Counted from the stretch's first letter, positions 29,101 through 41,945 are shown. The stretch is DNA of 64,000 bases from Paraspadella gotoi (GCA_051294375.1 CM119271.1:12121620-12185619); one strand, 5' to 3'. Made by a program: numbers and translations. Notes: a model not told the origin generated them from the letters alone.

Positions 29101-30364
29101 TTAAGAAAAAGAGGATCAATCAATCAATTGTTCAATCAATCAATGCAATCCCTCAATCAATAAATCAATTAATAAATCAAATAAATAAATCAAATCAATC
29201 AATCAATCGATTGATAGATATAATAAATCAAATCAATGAATGAATGAATTAACTAATGAATGAATGAATGAGCAAATTATTCATGCAATGAATCGATCAA
29301 TAAAATCAAATCAATCAAATCAATCAAAACACCTAAAGTGATTGATGTATTTGTTGAGCTCCGGTTTTTCTTCCATGATGAATTTAAAGACCAGAGTCCC
29401 GAATTCGTCTCTCGGTCTTCTTTTTTTAACTTCGGTTGGCATCGCTCTTCCGAATTCCGCTCGAACGATCGCGATGTCGCTCGGCGAGATGCCTGTCTAA
29501 TAAAGCGTAGCAAAAATATTAAAATCAAATAGAATCAAAATTCGAATAGTAGATCATGAACAGGCTTGTACCTGTGAACATTTTTAAATAAAAACAATTT
29601 AATTTTTATTTTTTAATTTTTGTATACGCCCATATTTATATATAGTACTTACCATAGAAAATGTAAAAATTTTAAAATAATTTTTTTTTATTTTTAAAAG
29701 CAGATTCGAATTCCTCACGAAAAGTTGATAAGAGGAACTATAACTCTTTTTAGAAAATTATTTCATCAAGTAAATCAAAATCCTAAAAAACTATTATTAT
29801 TAACCTAATAATTAAATTTTAGTATAAAAAATATAGTTTTTTTAAATTGTTAGCTAACTTAATAAAAATTTTTTTGATTAAGACTTATATTTTTCTTTTA
29901 TCAACGTTTTATGAGGAATTCGAATCTGCTTTCAAAACTAAAAAAACATAATTTTAAAATTTTAACTTTTTCTATGGTAAGTAGTAGGTATAAATTGTAT
30001 AAATATGGGCAAGTATAAGTATGCAAAAATTAAGCAATTTTAAAATAAATTTTTTTATATATCAATGTTCTTTAGTCCAAGACAGTTCACGATTAACTAT
30101 TCAAATTTTGATCTGCATCGCAGATTCTGCAACTTTCACTACGCCTTACTGTCTAATGAAGGAGGGGGGGGTAAAGGGAAAGGGGCGCTATCTTCGGAAA
30201 GAACACCATTTCTGTTTTTAATTGTAATATCCTAATTCCTTAACCTCATCCTATAATAATTAAACTTAATCTTTAACCAAATCTCTAACCAAAATCCCTA
30301 TCCTAATCCCTTAAACTTAAATGAGGCAACAGGTAACTTTTTTTTTGGGGAGGCAGGGAATTTG

Positions 30365-30412
<48 letters not shown>

Positions 30413-30494
30413 CCCAGCTGACCTTATTGTCCGGGGACTTGTCGATGAGGCCCGACATTGCGCTTTCCTTTTTCTTGCATTGCATTCCTCCCAT
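26113..30494 (-). CDS. Globin-fold protein A (about 224 aa), N-acylation motif, lacking the E7 and F8 histidines
   Basis: Phase-compatible exons 30494-30413 (donor tentative), 29492-29333, 29093-28960, 27996-27842, 27316-27256 and 26195-26113. Protein: MGGMQC..ISPSDIAIVRAEF..FGTLVFKFIMEEKPELNKYINHF..SFVKSRIVYMEALLQLGLDLLDD..ELCRNEGLRFFSLG..SFSAAILKSMRIKAGSIYSKQLQGETQCRKAMMAAGESFDEG..GSKKGNKKK*. Exon-by-exon conservation with paralog B supports a real gene; the globin identity rests on pattern matching by eye. Confidence 0.75.
26610..27221 (+). mobile_element. Non-autonomous hAT-type DNA transposon (MITE)
   Basis: TIRs TAAGGCGTAGT...ACTACGCCTTA with a perfect 8-bp TSD CCAAACAC at 26602-26609 and 27222-27229. 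Confidence 0.9.
27377..27587 (-). mobile_element. tRNA-derived SINE copy
   Basis: Reverse-complement homolog of 32545-32766, with a B-box-like GGGATCGATT. Confidence 0.6.
29501..30148 (+). mobile_element. hAT MITE, second subfamily, with long internal inverted repeats
   Basis: TIRs TAAAGCGTAG...CTACGCCTTA with a perfect 8-bp TSD CTGTCTAA at 29493-29500 and 30149-30156. Confidence 0.88.
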
Positions 30495-31102
30495 CGTTGA
30501 TGGCAGAAAGACAAAAGGCAGAGAGAATCGTCTTCTTAATAGAGTAGGAATGAATTTCGCCGGTAGATGGACTTTTTATTCTTTTATTCATATCTTTTTT
30601 TTTTTCAAAGTCGAAATTAAGTTTCGTCGATGACTTATTTTAATTTTAGTAGTAAGAATTATTTTTTATCTCTCGGTCTGTCAATCTGTCCGACTTTGCC
30701 ATATGTCAGAAATCGTTCCAATTTTTTTTCTCTGGATTTTTTCACCTAATTATTAAATTGGTAAAACCAATATTAAATTATCCATTCATTTAATAAATAA
30801 GCTATCTTGCCCCTGACTTTGGACAGGCTTTGGTGGTTTAAGGCCTCCATCACTCTTACAAGATAATGACTTAGCAAGTCCCTTCAAGCTTTCAATCAAG
30901 ACTCTCTCACAGTCTCGTTTATTCACTCCAGATTATCTGGCTTTCCTCTCAATGAAGTGGTATATAATATTTCAAAAAAAGTTTTAATTGTATAAAGTTA
31001 TAAACGGACCACTTTCTTTATTTAGTAGAAAGACTCGAAAAGAATCAATTGATTTAAACAACATTTTTATATTTTCGTTTAAAAATAACAAAACTTTGTC
31101 TC

Positions 31103-31674
31103 TTATTTCTTTTTCTTGTCCTTTTTTTTGTCCTTTTTGCTTCCTCTTTTCGTTGGTAGAGGGAGCTGCGGTTGTAAAACTTTTCCTACTTTAAAACCTG
31201 GAGATTTTAAATCGACAAACAAATAGTACTAGATAAACTGAATTAACGAACGAAAGTTGATTGAAAAAACAAGCAATGATATTTATAACAAAACGTTAAA
31301 AGGAAGTTGATATTTGCTCAACTCGTGATTAGCTCGTATAAATTAATATATATATATATACGTTTTTGTACTTCAAGCGAGGTGTTTGCCTAACTTACCT
31401 TTGTCACTTAGCTGCTTGTCTAACTTACCTTCGTCACCTTGATGCTTGCCTAACTTACCTTCGTCAAAAGCCTCTCCTGCGACAACCAACGCTTTTCGAC
31501 ATTCTGCTTCGCCTTCCAACTGCAAAGAGCAAAAAAGGTCATTGGGTCAAAACCCGTCATTGGGTCATTGGGTCAAAACCGGGAAAAAAGGTCGATTGAC
31601 CATAAATGGCAAAAGCTGTCAGAAAGGTTTGAACAGCCGTAACTCGAAGAAAGTTCAAAATATTGCATCGTGTG

Positions 31675-31765
<91 letters not shown>

Positions 31766-33982
31766 CTTTTTTAGAAAAGATGCTTCCAGTTTTCATCTTG
31801 AGCGAACTTATGATCGCATCGGTAAAAAGTTCCACGAGGTTCTCCCCCGCAAATTCCTCGGACATCAATGCGATGAAGGCGTCCCCGGTGAGGACCCACC
31901 CCAAACTGTAGAAGCGAAGTCCTGAACGAAAAGCCCAACTCTCGCTAGGATAGTAGTCGGGCACATATGTTCACTAAGGCGTAGTAAAATTTCTGAATTT
32001 AACTTTAATTAAAATTCTAAAAGTGAGGAACGAACAACATTATACTAATGAACATTTATGTAATAAAAAAAATTATAATAAATTTTACAATTTACGCAGT
32101 AGGCCAAATGTTAAAATTTCAAAACATTTTTTTTTAAAGATTTTTTTGCAGATTTGGATTCGTCATAAAAAGTTGATAAAAGGCAATATAACTCTTTTTG
32201 AAATATTCCTTCATTAAGTAGGTCAAAAATTAGAAAAAGCTATATTTTCAGCTGAAAATTAACTTTTTATATATTAAATATAGTTTTTTAAAATTTTAAC
32301 CGACTTAATGAAAGAATTTTTATAAATGATTTATATTTTCTTTTATCAACTTTTTACAAGGAATTCAAGGATAGTACTATATATAAATATAGCCTACTGC
32401 AAAAATTAAAAAAACATAAAATTAATTTTTTTTACAAATTAATGTTCACTGATGGTATGTTGTTCATAATTGACTTTTATAATTTTCGTATGTAACTTTC
32501 ACTACGCCTTAATGTTCACCCTCCCTTTAGGCTTTAAACCTTCAGACGTGACCCGGTGGCTCATTAAGTAATACCATCAGAATACCATCAGCTCGGGAGT
32601 CCGGACCATTAGGTATCGGGATCGATTCCCTACGGTACCTTCCCAGCGGGAAAGCGTGAGGACGGCCGTAAACCGCCGTGGAGGCATGGGAAAAACCCTC
32701 AAACCTGATTCAAAGCCCACGACCCGTTCCATGGCTGCTCGAGGGGGTGAAAGAAGTTGCGGATAGCACTCTCAAGCTCACGAAGCGCCTCATCCACACC
32801 TTCGTTGCGACAGAATTCGACAAATGCGTCTCCGTCGTCCAGGAGATCCAGACCCACTTGGATGAGAGCCTCCATGTACAGGATTCGGGATCTGATGAAG
32901 GATTTTCTCATCTTGACGTATTTCGGATCCTCGCTGCGTAAATGAATAGATAAATAAATAAATGAAATCGATTTAAATCAAATCAAATCAAAATCAAAAG
33001 TTTCACCTAAAGTGATTGATGTAATTGTTGAGCTCCGGTTTCGCTTCCACGACGAATTTGAAGACCAAAGTCCCGAAATCGTCCTTCGGATTTCGTCTTC
33101 TCGATTCGGGTGGCATCGCTCGGGCGAACGTCACCCGGACAATGGCGATGTCGCTAGGGGGAATGAGGCAGTCTTTTTTTTTGGGGGGGAAGAGGGAGAC
33201 AGAGAGGGGGAGGGAGGAGGAGAGAGAGAGGGAGAGAGGGAAGAAGGGGAAGGAGAGTGGGGAGGGAAGAGGGAGAGTAGGAGGAAAGGAGGAGGGGGAG
33301 GAGAGGGAAAGGGAGAGAGGGGGAAGGGAGAGCAAGAGGGGGAGGAAGGGAGGGAGAGAGGAGAGGGAGAGAGGGAGGAAGAGTGGGAGAGGAGGAGGGA
33401 GAGGAGGGGGCGGGGAAGGGGGAAGAGAGAGGGAGAGAGAGAGGGGGTAACGGGAGAGGAAGAGGGGGGAGGAAGAAAAGGTGGAGGGAAAGAGAGAGAG
33501 GAGGAGGAGGGAGAGAGGGAGGGAAAAAAGGAGGGAGGAGAGAGAGAGGGGAAGGGAGGAAGAAGAGAGGGAGGAAGGAGAGAGAGAGGGAGGGAGAGGG
33601 GGAAGGGAGAGGAAGAGGAGAGGGAAAGAGGAGAAGGATGGAGAGAAGGAGGAGGAGAGAGGAGAGGGAGTAGGAGAAGAGAGAGAGGAGAGGGAGAGAG
33701 GAGGAGAGAGAGGAGGAGAGAGAGAGGGAGAGAGAGAGAGAGAGAGAGGGAAGAGAGAGAGGAGGAGAGAGAGGGAGGGGGAGGAGAAAGAAGAGAGGCG
33801 AGAGAGAGAGGGAGGTGGGAAGAAGTGAAAGAGGAAGAAAACGGAGGAAAAAGAAAAAAACGAAAGATTTCGGGTTCGGACCAAGCAGATTTCAATTGCT
33901 TGCCATTCACCTGCTTGTCCGGTGATTTGTCGATTAATCCCGACATTGCGCTTGGTCTTTTCTTGCATTGCAATCCGCCCAT
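31103..33982 (-). CDS. Globin-fold protein B (about 229 aa), tandem paralog of A
   Basis: Exons 33982-33904 (tentative GC donor), 33172-33007, 32933-32800, 31921-31766 (GC donor; one extra A in an A6 run), 31519-31459 and 31197-31103. Exons 3 and 5 are identical in length to A (134 and 61 nt). Protein: MGGLQC..PPSDIAIVRVTF..FGTLVFKFVVEAKPELNNYINHF..RSRILYMEALIQVGLDLLDD..FCRNEGLRFYSLG..LEGEAECRKALVVAGEAFDEG..KRGSKKDKKKDKKKK*. Confidence 0.72.
31975..32511 (+). mobile_element. hAT MITE (internally deleted copy of the 26610 family)
   Basis: Same TIRs, with a perfect 8-bp TSD ATGTTCAC at 31967-31974 and 32512-32519. Confidence 0.9.
32545..32766 (+). mobile_element. tRNA-derived SINE
   Basis: A-box-like GTGGCTCATTAAGT and B-box-like GGGATCGATTCCC, followed by a conserved body (gcgggaaagcgtgaggacggccgtaaac..gacccgttccat). 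Other copies at 27377-27587 and, partially, 42339-42440 and 51383-51487. Confidence 0.65.
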
Positions 33983-34096
33983 CGTTGATGACCGCAGAAG
34001 CGGAGGTTGAAATAGTAAAATTAAATTTTAGCTGTATATGATATTTTTAAATGTCTTTTTTATTTTAATTGAGTTTAAATTCAATATATTTGGAAA

Positions 34097-34145
<49 letters not shown>

Positions 34146-34271
34146 GATTTTTTTTGATTGAGTATATATGATACACATAATAAACAATACTTAATTCACC
34201 ATATAGGATTATTCTTTATTGGGAGTATCAACTTTACAGAGAAAGATTTTCCATTATTGCAAGTTTTCACC

Positions 34272-34303
<32 letters not shown>

Positions 34304-34378
34304 CTCCTTATCCCCCATATTTCCCACTTTATCTCTTTGACCTTTATTCTCCCTCTCTGTCTCTGTCTCTCTCTCTTT

Positions 34379-34411
<33 letters not shown>

Positions 34412-34787
34412 ATCTCTCTCTCTCCCTCCCTTTTCTAAAGCGACACTTCTTTAGCTTCATGAATTATTCGCACAAAGGCAAGGTTATCTTTTCGTTATTA
34501 AGATTCGTTTAATTATGATTATTATTTTTGCTAAGATTCTGTTGTTTTTTCTCCGACAATTAATTGTCTAAATTGTTAGCTTAAATAACTTTATCTACTT
34601 TAAAAAAATGGATATGAATCGTTTCTTATTATAAGCATTGTCTGTCTCTCTCTCTCTCTCTCTCTGCTCATTAGAGTGGAGCTCATGAGAACAAAATTTC
34701 GATTTGAAATATGTTACAAATACGTATAGTGGTATAACTATGAAGTAAAATAAATAGTTTGCTCTTATTCAAAAATTATAATATATT

Positions 34788-35139
34788 TGTAGTAATGATA
34801 TCCGGCTGCTGCCTCGTCCGTTTCTCCGCGAAGAAAAAAGACCGAAAGAAAAGATATCAGGATTATTTTTATTGTTAGAAACGTCGCGCGAGAGAGAATT
34901 AGTGCCGCTCGAAATTCCGCGGACGTTAAACGCTTTTAACGTAGCGTTGGGATTTTTTTTAATATTTTTTTTTTAACTTCGTTTTTAAGTCATTTAAAGT
35001 CACGTTTTAACTTTTAATCTCGGAAATGAAACTCGTTAATTTCACGTCGCCATTTTAATTTGTTGATAAATAAACTTCCCGACCGTTTGAAAATCTTCAG
35101 CCAATGAAAAAGTAAAACGAATCGAGAGAGGCACAAACA
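34788..35139 (+). mobile_element. Diverged solo LTR-like copy of the BEL/Pao element terminus
   Basis: Collinear homology to 56030-56435 (ggctgctgcctcg.ccgtttctc..gagagagaattagtgcc..atcgagagaggcacaaaca). The 5' boundary is approximate. Confidence 0.65.
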
Positions 35140-35649
35140 TCCTTATAAAATAAATAAAAAAATTATAATAAACTTTTTTTGAATTTTTATTAAAGATTCA
35201 AAGATTGACTAAAAATATAAAAATTGTTAATAAAAATATTCTTAACTTTTTTTGATTTTTTGTAGTAAAAACTATTTTATGCTTTTTGCTAATTTTTCCC
35301 GATCTTAACATAAAAATATCATATAACATAACATATCATATTAAAAGTTTCTTAATTTTTTCTGGCGTATCTAAATATGCTTTTAAACGTGAAGAAGAAT
35401 AATTTTGTAATTTTTTAAATGTATTAGGATATTATTAAAAATAAAACAAAATTTATTTTATTATTACACTCAAATCTTATCATTTATATATAGAGCGGCG
35501 GAAAAAAATATTGTAACATGTCTCAATCTTTTCATCGCTCCACCCTATTGCTAAATCTTTAAAAATTCACGCATTGATTAAGCATCCTTTCACACCCGTG
35601 AAGACACAGTCACAAAAAAAAGAGCGTCATTCATTTTCACAATCTCTTT

Positions 35650-36150
35650 GTTCACTTTTCATCTTTCATTCATCATTGATGGTTCACTTTTCATCTTTCG
35701 TTCGTCTTTCGTTTGTCTTTTGTTCATCTCTTGATCATCTTTTGTTCATCTTTGGTTCATCTTTCGTTCTTCTTTCATTTGTCTTTCGTTCATTTCTTGT
35801 CCATCTTTTGTTCATCTTTTGTTCATCTTTCGTTCGTCTTTCGTTCGTCTTTCATTTGTCTTTTGTTCATCTTTTGTTCATCTTTTGTTCATCTTTCGTT
35901 TGTCTCTTGTTCATCTTTTGTTCATCTTTTGTTTGTCTCTCTTTCGTCTCTTGTTCATCTCTTGTTCATCTTTTGTTTATCTTTCGTTCGTCTTTTGTTC
36001 ATCTTTCGTTCATCTCTTGTTCATCTTTTGTTAATTTTTTGTTCATCTTTCGTTCGTCTTTTGTTCATCTTTCGTTCATCTCTTGATCATCTTTTATTCA
36101 TCATTGGTTCATCTTTCGTTCGTCTTTCGTTCGTCTCTTGTTCGTCTCTC
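35650..36150. repeat. 11-bp minisatellite (gttcatctttt/c)
   Basis: Dozens of degenerate tandem units; source of the spurious Phe/Ser-rich ORFs. Confidence 0.85.
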
Positions 36151-36651
36151 CTTCGTTTTTGGCTCCAAATTGTTTTCGGTCGAATTGATTTCGTTTGTCT
36201 TTTCTATCGAAATCAAATTCGACGCGAAAGACAAAGAACAAAAAACGAGAAAAAGAGAATAAGAAGAGATAAGAGGAGAAGGGAAGAAAAGAGAAAAGTA
36301 AGAGAGGAATAGAAAAGAAAAGAAAAGAAAAGAAGATAATGTGAAAGGAAAAGAAAAGAAAAGAAAATAAGAAACGAATAGAAAAGAAAAGATAAGAAGA
36401 AAAAAGAAGAATAAGAAAGAAATAGAAAAGAGAAGAAAAAAGGAAAAGAAAAGATAAGAGGGAAGAAAAGAGAAGAATAAGAACGAAAAAAAAGAGAAGA
36501 ATAAGAAAGGAAAAGAAAAGAATTAAAAAGAAAAAAAAAGAGAAGAGGAGAAGAAAAGAGAAGAATAAGAAAGAAAAAAATTAGAAAAATAAAAAAGAAA
36601 AAGAAAAAAGGTTTCACGTTTCTTGGCTTCCCGTTCTTATCGAACTTAATG

Positions 36652-36698
<47 letters not shown>

Positions 36699-36785
36699 CT
36701 CTCTCCCTCCGACCCGAAAAGAGGAAGCGTTATCACGCGGGCGACCATAACTAAACCTTATCAACGACTAACAAAGTTTTTAAGA

Positions 36786-36841
<56 letters not shown>

Positions 36842-37994
36842 TAAACAAATCTTCTCTTCTTTTTTCCTTTTGCCGATAAACGATCGAAAAGATGCAAAGA
36901 ACCGAGATTAAAAAAAAAAAATTGGCCTTATTTTCCCAGAAGGCCCCAGTTCTTCTTTATTTCGGTATCAAGTTATTTATTAGATGTAAAGATAAGTGGA
37001 TTCCTCCATAAATTTTAAAATTTTTCAGAACGTTTTTCTCATTTTTTAATCTTTTTTTTTTTGGATACGCTAAACGTTTCTCTGGATTACGCGAAGTGGA
37101 ATGTAACTTTTAGTTGCATCGCGAGTACTCACTGAGCAACTCTATAAGTCACTTATCGGTCGGTCAGTCGTTTGGTCGGTATGTCTGTCCGTCTGTTCCA
37201 CTTACATTAAAAATGCATATAATTCGCCTATAGTCGGTTGCTCATTTGTTAAGACAGGAAAAAACCTCAAATCTAAGTGACTGCGAGCGCCGCCTTCAGC
37301 AAATCCTAAAACTATAAAGAATAAAAGAAGGAATTTCGATGCAGTGAATATCATAAATACACGGGCTCAGAATTTTAGTTATGTCATATTATGTTATGTC
37401 ATATCATATCATCAAAGGGAAATACATATAAAAATAAAGTCACTGCGGCGCAACACATTAGACGAACCAATCTTGTTTTTATAGTTTTTGCATGCTCTTT
37501 TTTATTTTAAAAAATTAAAAAAATAAAAATTAATAGTACCAATACCAGTACCAAATGTCTCAAATAGATGAAAAAAAAAGGTTCGTTCGTTCGTTCGTTC
37601 GTTCGTTCGTTCGTTCGTTTCGTTGTTCGTTTCGTTCGTTTGTTTGTTCGTTCTTTCTTTCGTTCTTTCGTTCGTTCTTTTCGGTCGTTCGTTCGTTCGT
37701 TCGTTCGTTCGTTCGTTCATTCATCATTCGTTGGTTCTACGGTTCATTCGTTCATTCGTTCTTCGGTTCGTTCATTCATTCGTTCATTCGTTCCATTCAT
37801 TTCCTCGTCTTGTTCCGTTCTCTTGTTTGTTCGCCCTCGGTGAGCTCAGCGTCGCTCACGCTGATATTTATTCGCGGCGACGTTGTGAGACACGGAGCCG
37901 GTAACGGCGGCGGCGGCGGCGGCTGCGGCGGCGGCTGCGGCGGCGGCGGCTGAACAAACTGCAAATCGGATCAAAAGACTCGTGTTTCGCTGAG

Positions 37995-38300
37995 ACGATG
38001 ACGGCGACGATGACGGCGACGATGACAGCGACGATGACAACGACGATGACAGCGACAATGACAACGACGAAGACAGCAACGATGACAGCGACGAAGACAA
38101 CGAAGATGACAACGACGATGACAACGACGATGACAGCGACGATAACAGCGACGATGACAGCGACGAAGACAGCGACGATGACAACGACGATGACAGCGAC
38201 GATGACAACGACGAAGACAGCGACGATGACGGTGACGCTGACAGCGACGATGACAACGACGAAGACAGCGACGATGACGGTGACGATGACAGCGACGATC
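37995..38300. repeat. 12-bp minisatellite (gacagcgacgat)
   Basis: About 25 tandem units. Confidence 0.85.
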
Positions 38301-38538
38301 GCCTTTTCACCTTCAGATCTTTTTTCGTTTCACGATTTCCCTTTTTTTTCTTTTTCTCTTTCAAATTTCGCCTTCAATGCTTTAATCGATAAATGGCGAC
38401 GACGACGACGACGAGGAAATGGCTAGCATCTTATTAGTTAGACCATGTCGACGAAGACGACGACGAAGATGACGACGACGACGACGATGACGATGACGAT
38501 GACGAGGAAATGACCAACGTCTATTAGACGAGTCCATT

Positions 38539-38573
<35 letters not shown>

Positions 38574-38657
38574 CACTCTGCGAACAGTGTGCGAACAGTG
38601 AGCGAACAGTAGGACCGGTCACTGACCACAATGTGCGCATGGCACAGAACGACAAAG

Positions 38658-38726
<69 letters not shown>

Positions 38727-39050
38727 CCCTCTCTCCCTCTCTCCCTCTCTCTCTCTCTCTCTCACTTTAGGTCAATGACGTATAAACTGTCAGTTCGAGT
38801 ATCAATTGAACGCGTAATTCGATAATTTATAAAATAACAATTTCCTACGAGAATGTTAAGAATGTTCAAGTATGTTTAAGTCGCTCAAACTAAACTTGAG
38901 TTTAATCTGTAATGGATACTCGAAGCTCGATATATATTTGATATAAGTATTTTTTTTTAAATTAAAAGAAAATAGCTAAGCTACCAGCAATTCTCGGAAA
39001 TAAAAATCTTGCTTCAAAGCTTTCGTTGTTGATTGACGCTTTTGTCACGA

Positions 39051-39082
<32 letters not shown>

Positions 39083-40773
39083 CTCCTCCTCCTCCTCCTC
39101 CTCTTCCTCCACAATGAAGGCGCCTCCCGACGTCGAGGGACGCCCTCTCTCCTGGAGGTCTTTCAAGTTTCAATGGAGGGAAGGACCTCTTTCCGAAGGA
39201 GGTCGCCGTTGTCTTCTTCGTTGTCGTCGTCGTCGTCTTCGTCGTCGTCATCGTTGTCGTCGTCATCTTGACTTGACTCTCAGAGCTGCCTAAAATGGCA
39301 GACAACAATGCGTCGTCGTCATCATCGTCGACCAATGACTAAATATCAACTTTAATCAAATTTTAGGCATTTTTTTGTTGTAAAAGTCAAAAAGTAATTT
39401 AAAAAAAAAGTGTTGACTACCTTTCTAAGTTGGTCTATAAATCTGAGTCTCTCTCTTTTGGTCCGTCTGTTTGTCTGTCAGTACGGCTATCTGTCAATAC
39501 GGCTGTCTTTATGTCTGTCTGTCTGTCGCACCGAAAGATGAGTTCAAAGGAACTCCAGAAATGATCCAACTTTTAATTTATGAGATCGAAAATTAACAAA
39601 AGCCCAAATTTGATCCATTCGTTAAATAAACAAAAAATATATTTCGCTTATGTTGGGTTAAGGCCTGTATCCTTTTTTTGTAACTTGGCTAAACCCCGAT
39701 TTTTTTTAAATATTCGATACTAAAACTAATCTCTCTATTCATTACCAGATATTTTTCGTCCAACCGTTCTCACGTATAATTGGGCTCCAAACTAAAGCCC
39801 CGAAATGTTTGTATGACAGTGGAAATTATATCTAATTTAAAGTTATGTGTCTCTCTAGTATACACTATACAGTATACACAATGCCCTATACACTATTGTG
39901 CACAGTTTAATTGAACAAAGTATAGCGTAGATGGGTCTATACAATATTTTATTATTAAATACAGACAAAACTGGCGAAACAAGGGGAAAAAACAGACTTT
40001 TTCTTTCAGCTAAGACGATTTCTTAAAACCGCCAAACTTCTTTAAACACCGACGCGGGGCTTGGGGAGCAACGGTTAGTCTTTTTGCAATGCAGAGGCGG
40101 CAGCCGCTGCTGCTGCTACTGCGGCTGCGGTTGACGTCTCCCGCTGACTTTTTCACTCCGGTTTTTTCCCTGAGGAAAAATAAAAAGACAAATAAAAACA
40201 ATTTCGTGCGCAAATCTGCACAGAAAGCTGATTGTCGCTGAATGCCGTTTGGACCGAACCCAAGCCGGAACGCATAAAGTAAAAAAGCTCGATGTACAAG
40301 GCTTAAAGCTGAATTTTAAAAGTTAACAAAGCTAGGACGTACAGGGCTGAAGGCTGAAAGAACTAAGTTAAGGGCTCAAAGTCTCAAAGCTAAAAGCCGA
40401 GTGTACAAGGCTTAAATCTGAATGTTAAAAGTTAACAAAGCTTGGACGTACATGGCCGAAGGCTGTACGAACTAAGTTAAGGGCTCTAAGTCTCAAAGCT
40501 AAAAGCTGCCAAAACTAAGAGGCCGCGTTTGCAAAACTAATGGTTGCATATACAAATCTGAAGGCTGCGGGTTTGAAAATATTAATAGCTACGTGGACAA
40601 AAACTAACGATTGAATGTACAAAACTAAAGGCTGCGTTTACAAAGCAAAGCGAAAATTGGGTGCGCATGTTTCACCCGAAATTAAAAGTTTTTTTTCAAA
40701 CGACGACGACAACAACAACAACAAGTAAGGCCACGTTGAGTGTTGTAAAATACCAAGGAAAACCCGCATTGAC

Positions 40774-40831
<58 letters not shown>

Positions 40832-40839
40832 CTGTCTTT

Positions 40840-40872
<33 letters not shown>

Positions 40873-41679
40873 CTCTCTCTCTCCTCTCTCTCTCTCTCCT
40901 CTCTCTCTCTTTCTCTCTCTCTCTCGATATCGACAATCAATAATAATTCCAAGGAAGTGACAGTTTTTTTTTGATATTCGTCTTAGATTAAAACTCCATT
41001 AATATGATTATAATTATAGTAAAAGGGATTTATTACACTATTTATATTTAAACAGTTTTTTCTTTAAATAACTTCTTACGGATAGATATCGCGCAATAAT
41101 ATTTTAAAATACCGCCCCAAAATAATAAAACAAAGCCAAATGAATAAATAAACAAATAAAATAAAGGAAAAAAAAACCCAAATATTTTCAAAAATCTGAA
41201 ACAACAATGATTCTTCTTCCAAAGAAATCGTACGGAAAGAATATTACAAGCGCGACAAATAATGATATAATTTTGTTACAATTAAAATGATAGAATCCAA
41301 ACGATCGAAATTCTATGTCGTTAAAAATAGCTAAACAAAAAGTTCGGATCCTTTAGAGTTTATTTATTCGCATTCCTGACTTTTGACTATTGACTCCAAA
41401 TATTTTTTTTTTCGCGAATAAAAACAAAAAAAAAAGACGAAAAAAAGAAAAGGAAAAAAAAAGAAAGAAAGAAAATCCTGGAAACTTTTTACGTATGACT
41501 TTGAAATATAATTTTAAATTCGATTGAGAAAGAAAAAAAAAAGCGACATAAAGTCAAATTTCTAAAAAGGTCCACCTCGGGGAAAAAGGATCGAATTTAA
41601 CCAAAAATAAAACGTCACCGAATCTGAAAAACAACTCGTGCTCGGGTTTAAGAATGAATTGAATACTACTAACGATAGA

Positions 41680-41945
41680 GCTAACTAAACTACCTAACTA
41701 ACTAAACTAACTAACAGACTAACTAACAAACTAACTAACAGAATAACTAACTATCTAACTAACTAACTAATTAACTAACAGAATAAATAACTAACTAACT
41801 AACAGACTAACTAACTAACTAACAGACTTACTAACTAACAGACTAACTAACAGACTAATTAACTAAATAACAGACTAACTAACAGACTAACTAACTAACT
41901 AAGAGACTAACTAACTAACTAAGCTAACTAACTAACCAACTAACA
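41680..41945. repeat. (CTAA)n/(CAGA) tetranucleotide array; mirror copy at about 51880-52142
   Basis: Read directly from the sequence. Confidence 0.9.

Noticed and set aside
32545-32630. Functional tRNA gene
   Set aside because: No complete cloverleaf, has an internal duplication, and continues into a repeated body, which fits a SINE.
33175-33850. Long ORFs of 280-330 aa on both strands
   Set aside because: A purine-only low-complexity intron tract that lacks stop codons by composition.
35574-39335. Phe/Ser-, Thr/Met- and poly-Ser ORFs
   Set aside because: Products of micro- and minisatellites; no domain or consistent splice structure found.
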